A stretch of 64,000 nucleotides of DNA from Paraspadella gotoi (Eukaryota; Animalia; Chaetognatha). The notes beneath the pieces were generated by a model, which worked only from the letters and a program-made list of their open reading frames with translations, did not search any database and had not been told where the DNA came from. Below, piece after piece: positions 56,310 through 64,000 of this stretch. The stretch spans positions 20,368,966 through 20,432,965 of the forward strand of contig CM119265.1 of NCBI GenBank assembly GCA_051294375.1. The letters run 5' to 3'. Position 1 is the first letter of the stretch. Each line of letters starts with the position of its first letter. Position numbers and translations under genes: made by a program.

Positions 56310-57670
56310 TAAGGCGTAGTGAAAGGCGTAGTGAGAGGCCTTAAACCACCAAAGCCTGTCCAATAGAGTGGAGCACTCAAGAACAAAATAAAAATTTTTG
56401 AATGATCGAACAATGATATTAGATGTGAGATAGTATGATTAACTAGTACAAAAAATATTTTGTTCATATTATCTCGGGAACAGAATAGTAAAATATAATA
56501 TATTTGTAGTAATTATCCTTATAAAATAGTAAATTTTAAAAATAATTTATAAAAACTTTTATTAAAGATTCAGATTCTTCATAAAAAGTTGAATCAAAAA
56601 TATAAAACATGTTATCAAAAATTCTGTCATCTTCAATGTTTAAAATAAGAAAAAAGGTGAAAATTCCTGATTTTTTTTATTCTCTGTAGTAGAAACTTAT
56701 ATATGCTAAAACGTTTTAGTCATTTTTTGTGATCTAAACATTAAAATATCATATAACATATTTTTATAAAAGTTTCTTAGTTTTTTACAGCGAATCCAAA
56801 TCAGTTCTTAAAAATAAAAAAGATTATTTTGAAATTTGACGATTTTATAAGGATATTAACATAAATAATTGAATTTGCTATACGTTTATGCTAAAAAAAT
56901 TTTTAAAAAAGATTTAAAATTCATTAATTATATGTCCATAGGCAGCAAAAAAAATAATGTTCAATCACTCAATCTTTTCATCACTCCACCCTACTGTCAC
57001 AAAGTCAGGGGCAAGATAGCTTATTTATATTAAATGAATGGATAATTTTTATTGGTTGTACCAATTTCATACGAAAATTCGAAAAGTCAGTTATGAACAA
57101 CATACCATCAGTGAACATTAATTTTTAAAAAAAAGTAATTTTATGTTTTTTTTAATTTTTGCAGTAGGCTATATTTATATATAGTAAAATAAAAAATAAA
57201 AAATAAAAATTTCAAAATAGGCTTTTCTTAATTTTGATTGCAGATTTGAATTTCTCGTCAAAAAGTTGATAAAAGAAAATATAAATCATTTTTAAAAATT
57301 CTTTCATTAAGTAGGTTAAAAAATTAAAAAACTAATTATTTAATATATAAAAAAGTTAATTTTCAGCTTAAAATAATAGCTTTTTCTAATTTTTGACCCA
57401 CTTAATGAAGGAATTTTTCAAAAAGAGTTATATTTCTTTTTATCAACTTTTTATGACGAATCCAAATCTGCAAAAAAATCTTAAAAAAAACTGTTTTGAA
57501 ATTTTAACATTTATTGGTTTAGTACTAGTATAAATATGGCCTACTGCGTAAATTGAAAAATTTATTATAAATTTTTTTATTACATAAATGTTCATTTAGT
57601 ATAGATATTATTCCGTTCTCCTTATTAAAATTTTAATCAAAGTTAAATTTAGGAATTTTACTACGCCTTA
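56310..57670. mobile_element. Non-autonomous cut-and-paste DNA transposon (hAT-like by its 8-bp TSD), 1361 bp, in the cpo-like intron
   Basis: TIR TAAGGCGTAGT(GAAA) at 56310 and (TTTT)ACTACGCCTTA ending at 57670. Identical flanking 8-mer TTGTGTAA at 56302-56309 and 57671-57678. The interior is AT-rich with no ORF. Confidence 0.75.
57111..57595. repeat. Long imperfect palindrome (fold-back/MITE-like) nested in the TIR element
   Basis: gcagtaggctatatttata pairs with tataaatatggcctactgc; tgcagatttgaatt..gtcaaaaagttgataaaagaaaatataa pairs with ttatatttcttttatcaactttttatgacgaatccaaatctgca; the centre is at about 57350. Confidence 0.75.
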
Positions 57671-57793
57671 TTGTGTAACTCTCCTTTAATATAAGCATTA
57701 CGCATTTCTTGATATTCCGTTCTTAGTAAATGAGAAAAGAGAGATCATATAAACGATGCTTCGCCCTTGAGATTTTTTGATCTTTTTTGATCT

Positions 57794-57827
<34 letters not shown>

Positions 57828-58493
57828 TGTCGTCGTCGTCGTCGTATTAACGTCTCGTTATGAAACTTCCCGTTTTTTTTTTATGAGAATCGTGATTCGA
57901 CTCTTGACCCTAATTCGCCCTCCGTCCGTTAGAGGCGCCCGAAGATGCGAAAAACGAGGACAACAACAAAAGTCATGCAGAAAACGGGAAAACTGACGAT
58001 ATTATAATGACCTCTAGCGACGAAGACATGAGGATTTGAACATGAACAAGAGAACATCGTTCGTGATAATCGTTTCCACCTTTCATCGCATCGAACTCAT
58101 CGTAAAAACAGAAAATGTTCTGGGAATTCGTGGGAACGCCTTTCCTCTAAATCGCCACGACGATGACGACGACGATGATGATGACGATGACGACGACGAC
58201 GATATAAGTCGATGATCATTTGTTGGTCGAATTTCTTCCTTTTTTTTTCGTCAGCATCTCGGATTCACGGGGGATGAAGAAAAGAGGAGGAGAGAAAAAG
58301 TCAGGATTCGAATCGCGTCCCATTAACTTCCTCCTCCTCCTCCTCCTCCTCTTCCTCTTCATACTCCACTTAATCCTTCCTTCCTCCTCCTTCTCCTCCT
58401 CCTCCTCCTCCTCCTCCTCCTTCTCCCTTTCCTTCTTCATCGGCTCACCTTCGGTTTCGACTCACCTTGACCTAAAATCACGCGCTCACTCAC

Positions 58494-58542
<49 letters not shown>

Positions 58543-59187
58543 CGTGCCCTACTTTTTCCGGTAAAAATGTTTTTCCCGATAAGTAAGACGAAATAGTGTC
58601 AAACAGTCGTAAGATCGGTGCTTTGTATTTTCTGATCATTGCTTGAAATATAAATTCATATTAATTTAATCAGGTGATTCCAAATTAACTATGTCGATCA
58701 ATGAAGCCAAAATTTATTAAGCAGTTTAATCTATAAAAATTCACAAAAATAAAGCGAGTAAATAATTAAAATATCGATTTTCCCTTTTTTTTAAATCAAT
58801 TAATTATTTAATCAATCAATGAATTATTATATCCATAGAAATCGTATGAATCGAAATGAAAAATTCTTCAGGTTTTTTTTTTGTTCCTATTTTATCGGAA
58901 AAACGTCAAAGCGGTTTTTCGGTGATGATGGTTCGTTCCTGATGGTCTTGAATAGATGTGATGCCATTTTGTGGAATAAATGATAATTTAAATCATAAAG
59001 TCATCATGTTCAAATTACTAATATTATGTGAGTATAAGGCAAATAGTTTTACAATTGCTTTAATCGATTGCAATGGAGCAAAGGAATAAATATTAGATAA
59101 TAGGAAGAAACCTAATCGTAATCATCGTCCGCTAGAAAGAAAATGTACCTACAAAATTCTTGGTCGCGCTCATAATTTATCTCTCTT

Positions 59188-59222
<35 letters not shown>

Positions 59223-59770
59223 CTCTCTCTCTCCTCTCTCGCTCTCCTCTCTCCTCTCATCTTCAGCCCTCTCCATCAATCGTCTCTCCGTCTCTCTCTT
59301 TCTTCCTCATAACCTCTCGTAACGCTCTGATTTTCAACAGTTCGCTCTCTTTTTTTTTCTTCTCGCGTGTCATTTCGCTTTTTTTTTTTTCGTCTTCGTC
59401 TTCGCTGCTCATTTAGAGAGAAGACATCATTTCAATTATCTTAATTGCTGCCGACGCGCACGTGATCACAACGTTGACGACGACGACGACGACGACGACG
59501 ACTAAAGTGACGAATCCGTTTTCTTCTTAAATTTTTTGTCGATTTTGTTGAGATGGCGACTGACGAATTTTCGATTCTTTGGAAAATATTGATTTATTTA
59601 CTCATTAGTTCGGTAAAGCAATTATATAATCATTGTACTCTTCATTTTCATTATTTTAATTATACCATCTGTTTACTCATTATTTTTTATGCATAAACTT
59701 TCCACTCTTACTTTTTTTTTCAAAGCTTTATAGTCAATTAGGAAACATTTTATCTCATCCGTCGTGGTCG

Positions 59771-59802
<32 letters not shown>

Positions 59803-60195
59803 GTCATCTTTACCCATAGAAATTCTGTGAAAAAACAGCGTTTTTTTTCCTTCCCCTAGCTATTCCTCTCTTTTGATTCTTAGCTGTTCGACTAAATGCC
59901 TCATGCAATGCAAAAGAAGCGTCTAGACTCTTTATTATTCATATGCATAGCGTTTTGAGGAAATCGCCAGTCCCATTACCGCAGATTTCTCTCTCTCTCT
60001 CTCTCTCTNNNNNNNNNNNNNNNNNNNNNNNNNGAGAGAGAGAGACGAGAGAAAGGATGAGAGAGATGAGAGAGAGAGAGAGAGAGAGAGATGAGAGAGA
60101 GAGGAGGGATAGAGAGAGAGAAAATCTATCTATTCTATCTAATCTTATCTATTTATCTATCTTATCTATCTATCCTATCCTATCTACCTACCTAC

Positions 60196-60231
<36 letters not shown>

Positions 60232-61589
60232 TTATCTATCTAATCTATCTTCTAATTCTTCCTAATCTATCTATCTATCTATCTATCTATCTCCTATCTT
60301 ATCCCTCTCAGGCTCTAAAAAATCCTCATTCCCAATTTTCCCAAAGAAGAAAAGATCTTCTTCCTTCGACCGCCCTTCAAAATTATTCCTTTTTCCGCGA
60401 CCGCGAATGACGTCAGGATCGAGAATGACTCAACAAAAACGAGGTTCAAAGATGGCGTCAGCAACCCTTTCGGCTGGAGGCGTTCGTCGTCGATGACGTC
60501 GTCCCACTACCTCAATCGACGGGAGCGGACCCGTCGGCCCTAATTCGCCTCCCGTCGGCCCGATTGAAGTAAATCGCGTTTGTAACCGTCGCCGCGGCAT
60601 TCCATGGCCCAAATAACTGGGCGGGCAGTCAGCCTCAGGTCACGGCCAAATAACGTCGACGGCATGTCCCGCCAGTAACGTCGCAAGCGCAAGTAATCCT
60701 CTCTCCGTGGACGGTCCGAAAAAAAAGACGTCTCTTCCGACCTTGGAATTTATTTTAATTTTTAAAACCTTTTTTTTCTCCCGTTAGACTTTTTTCACTG
60801 GAATTTAACGGTGAAAGTGGATTTTTTTCGAATTTATTTTTTTTTTGACATTTCTTACTTCGTTCTTGACAACGCTTTATCGATTACATTTAAGTCGCTT
60901 TCGTTCGACGGTGACCTTTTAAGCATTAAACGAGTCGAAAAAAAGTACGACATAGGTTGTGGAAAAAAAAATAAAAATGAAACAATAATTTCCTATAGAT
61001 GAATTGTAAATGTAAAACGTGTTAATATCGCATGATTACATTTTTTCTATTTTTACTTTCTTCATTACTTATTTAGTCAAACTGAAGCATCCGGAGTTTG
61101 ATACTACATCCTGGTTGCGAAACCTTAAGAGCCTCACTAGCGAGTTGTCGCGAATAGAAATTACCGATAGAATGGGAATAGTAATTTTTTTTTTTATTTT
61201 TGCAAGCCCATTGAAAAACAAAATAAAAAACCGGCGATTAATCATACGTACATAACGTACAACATTCGAACGTACATTTATTTACAAAAGGTTAATTAGG
61301 AATGAAACTCTACAATCGCAGGAGACACCTTGATCTCTTTTCAAGCTAAAAATCCGGAAATCACTCGAAAACGGCTCGAAGCCGAAAATCCTCACAACCC
61401 TGACCCCCGATGACACCCCCAGCCCCCGCCCGCCCCCGCCCTCTCAGACGCAGCGCCGCCCGCCGTCCGTCGGCGCCGCGGCGGATCCAAGTTTCGCCGA
61501 CGACTCGCGATCGGCGCGCCGTCGACCTGCACGGTCTTGGGGTCATCACCGCCGGGCCCGGAACTGATGGAGGAAGAAAGAGAGGGGAA

Positions 61590-61862
61590 TAATGATGGGA
61601 AATAAGAGAGAGGGAATTGTATGGGAAAGAGCGGGGGGGGACAAATGCATGGGGGGAAAAGAGAGGGAACTGGAAAATGATGGGATAATAGAGGGAAAAT
61701 ATGATAGATGGGAAAAGAGAGGGAGAGAAAAATGATGGGAAAGAGAGGGAATAAATGATGGGGAAAAAGAGAGGGGAAATGATGGGGGAAAGAGAGAGGG
61801 AAAAATGATGGGGGGGAAAGGAGAAAGGGAAATGATGGAGAAAGAGAGAAAAAATGATTGGG
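61590..61862. repeat. Degenerate purine-rich minisatellite with a ~20-25 bp unit (ATGATGGGAAAAGAGAGGGA)
   Basis: About ten diverged units are visible. Confidence 0.6.
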
Positions 61863-64000
61863 TAAAAAGACGATCGGAAATAATGGTCACGGATGGAGGA
61901 TATGACAATTCGTGGTTGGTTTTCCTATTGATGATTTTGTGGGCGGTATTCACATCGCCTCACGTCCGTCATCCTTTCACCAACATCCATTGGCTCAGAG
62001 GGCGAACCACACCTATCCCAAGCGTAGTTGTTCCATTCCACAGTCTTCCTAACGGACTTTCCCTCTCCGTTGCATTAGCGAGACCGTCCTAGGGTAAAGG
62101 TACCGCGCCAGTGACTGGAGGCGTCCTGAGTCGGAAAGCCCCCAAAGCCAACAGTGAGATGCCCCATCCCCCAATGGGGCATCATAAGGCCAATCCCGGC
62201 CTGTGCCCATAATTTTTCTTGGTTTTTTTATTATTTATTTTTTTTAAGTCTTTCCCTTTATTTCCCTTTAGTTCCCTTTAATTTGTTTTTAGTATCGAAA
62301 AACAAATTATATAATATTTTTTACAACGAAAAAGAGTTCTTTCTTTTATATTTTTATTGCACATTTTAAAGAATAATCTTTTTTTCATTGAAATATTTAA
62401 CGGGGCTAAACGACATAAACTTACTAAACTAGTTCTTCACCTTTTAATCTCGCGGATTGGGTTATTGGTCTAGGTTCTTCCGCCCCACAGAAAAGGGCGG
62501 TCTCCGCTGAGGCCAAAATCAAACCTTAATGAAGCTTTAGGCTTTTATTTTTATGAATTTATTTATTTCAATTTTTAATCTATTATTTATTTACTATAAT
62601 TATATTTAGTTTATATCTTCTGCCAGCGACAATTATCCCTCGCGAAACTTACTTATAACCAGAAGGCAATTACGGTCAAACTTTTGTTTTTCCATTATTT
62701 GTTCTTTCTTTTCCTTCCGACCGGACGGAGGAGCGGCCCGGTTTGGGAAAATGACTGTGCGTCGACTTTATGGGTCTTTCTGCGGAGTTGGAATCGAGGC
62801 AATGAGGCATTTTGACTTTGGTCGCCCGATATTTCGTTGCACAACGGGAAGGGCGACCAATAACTACATTTTCATGAAGCGAAAATAAACGAGCCTGGGG
62901 GAGGAAATTTTGGCCACGGGAAAGTGGGAAAATGAAACACAGAAGAAAAAGACAAGAAAGTTGAAAATTTGTTACAAATTTACGGACCTACAAGATTTTT
63001 TTAACTCGAAGTGTTAAAGAATGCGAGCGAAAAAAATTACTTGGTATCGTAAGATTGCAAACATGACATGGGAAAAAGAAAATTAGTCAAATAAATTTAT
63101 GAAATGTAAGACTTAGTAATCCCGTAAGATATAATAATATAAGTCACTCAAGGTAGATTACCGAAGACTGGCAATATATAAACGGCATTTGAGCGATAAG
63201 TGCTATTTCTTCGTTAAAAAAAACAATACATAATTTCATCCTCTTACGTCGCCATGAAACAAAGATGCTTAATTTCGTCTCCAAAACAAAAAAAAAACAA
63301 AAAAGACCATCGACCTCATGCGGAAAAAGTAGACAAGGTTTTGGTTAAAGTTCCATTAATTCTGTCGTGTTTAAATGCGAGAAGACGCAGCCCGCCCAAA
63401 TGGGAATAGTTAAGCAAAAAAAAAAGGTTTTAAAAACGTAAAAAAAATGAAGTAAAATTTTTTTCCCCCTTTTCTCCCCATGCGCGTTGCTTCTTTTTGT
63501 TTTACGACGTTGAAAAATGGCGGGTATTTCAAAATTTTATTTTTTTTTTTATTTTTTTTAAATTTATTTTTAATTGTTTGTCAGGTTAGATGTAATTTCG
63601 TTGTTTGGTCCGGGAATTTAATTCTTACACTCTCGACGGTCGACGAATAGAAGATTATTTTTTTATTCGGGTTTTTATTTAAAAATTAAAAGTTTTTTGA
63701 AACAGGCTTTTTAATCGTTTTCAAGCGTGTTCCCCTATTTCCTGATATAACCAGGTTCAGAATAAAATTTAAAAAAAAAAAAAAAACGAAAAAAAAAACA
63801 AAATAGAATTTAACCGAAACTTAAATTAAACCAGTTTTGTCATTGGTTTTTCTTTGCAGATGGCGAGACAATCATTACTCCATTGATGGCCCGTGGAAAT
63901 TAAATTTCACTTTTATATCGAAAAAAAATTAATGAACACTTCCGGGGGATAAAAATTAGTTTGGTTTGCGGTAGAAATAGAGTATAGAATACTAGAATCA

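Overview
Eukaryotic, probably invertebrate metazoan, genomic scaffold. It is microsatellite-rich, has GT-AG spliced genes and contains no prokaryotic operon or CRISPR array. Most of 1-52.5 kb is the same three loci written several times with indel-type noise. The copies join at exactly 25-N gaps, and one fold-back inversion is centred near 15.7 kb on an adapter-like string. I read these duplications as long-read gap-filling artefacts, not biology. Supported genes: a 5-exon calaxin/EFCAB1-like gene (19240-21053 +, 275 aa, two of three Ca-binding loops degenerate) and the first coding exon of a couch potato/RBPMS-like gene (56000-56146 +). Weaker low-complexity minus-strand gene candidates lie at about 28.3-30.4 kb and 33.4-36.7 kb. 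Mobile and RNA-derived elements: a 5'-truncated tRNA-Lys(CTT) copy with encoded CCA fused to an LTR-end-like CA-G junction (the most unusual real-looking feature), a 1361-bp element with TIRs and an 8-bp TSD containing a long palindrome, DINE-1/Helentron-like elements and a degenerate 5S rRNA copy. I found no clearly new multi-gene system. Family assignments are from remembered sequences; no searches were run.
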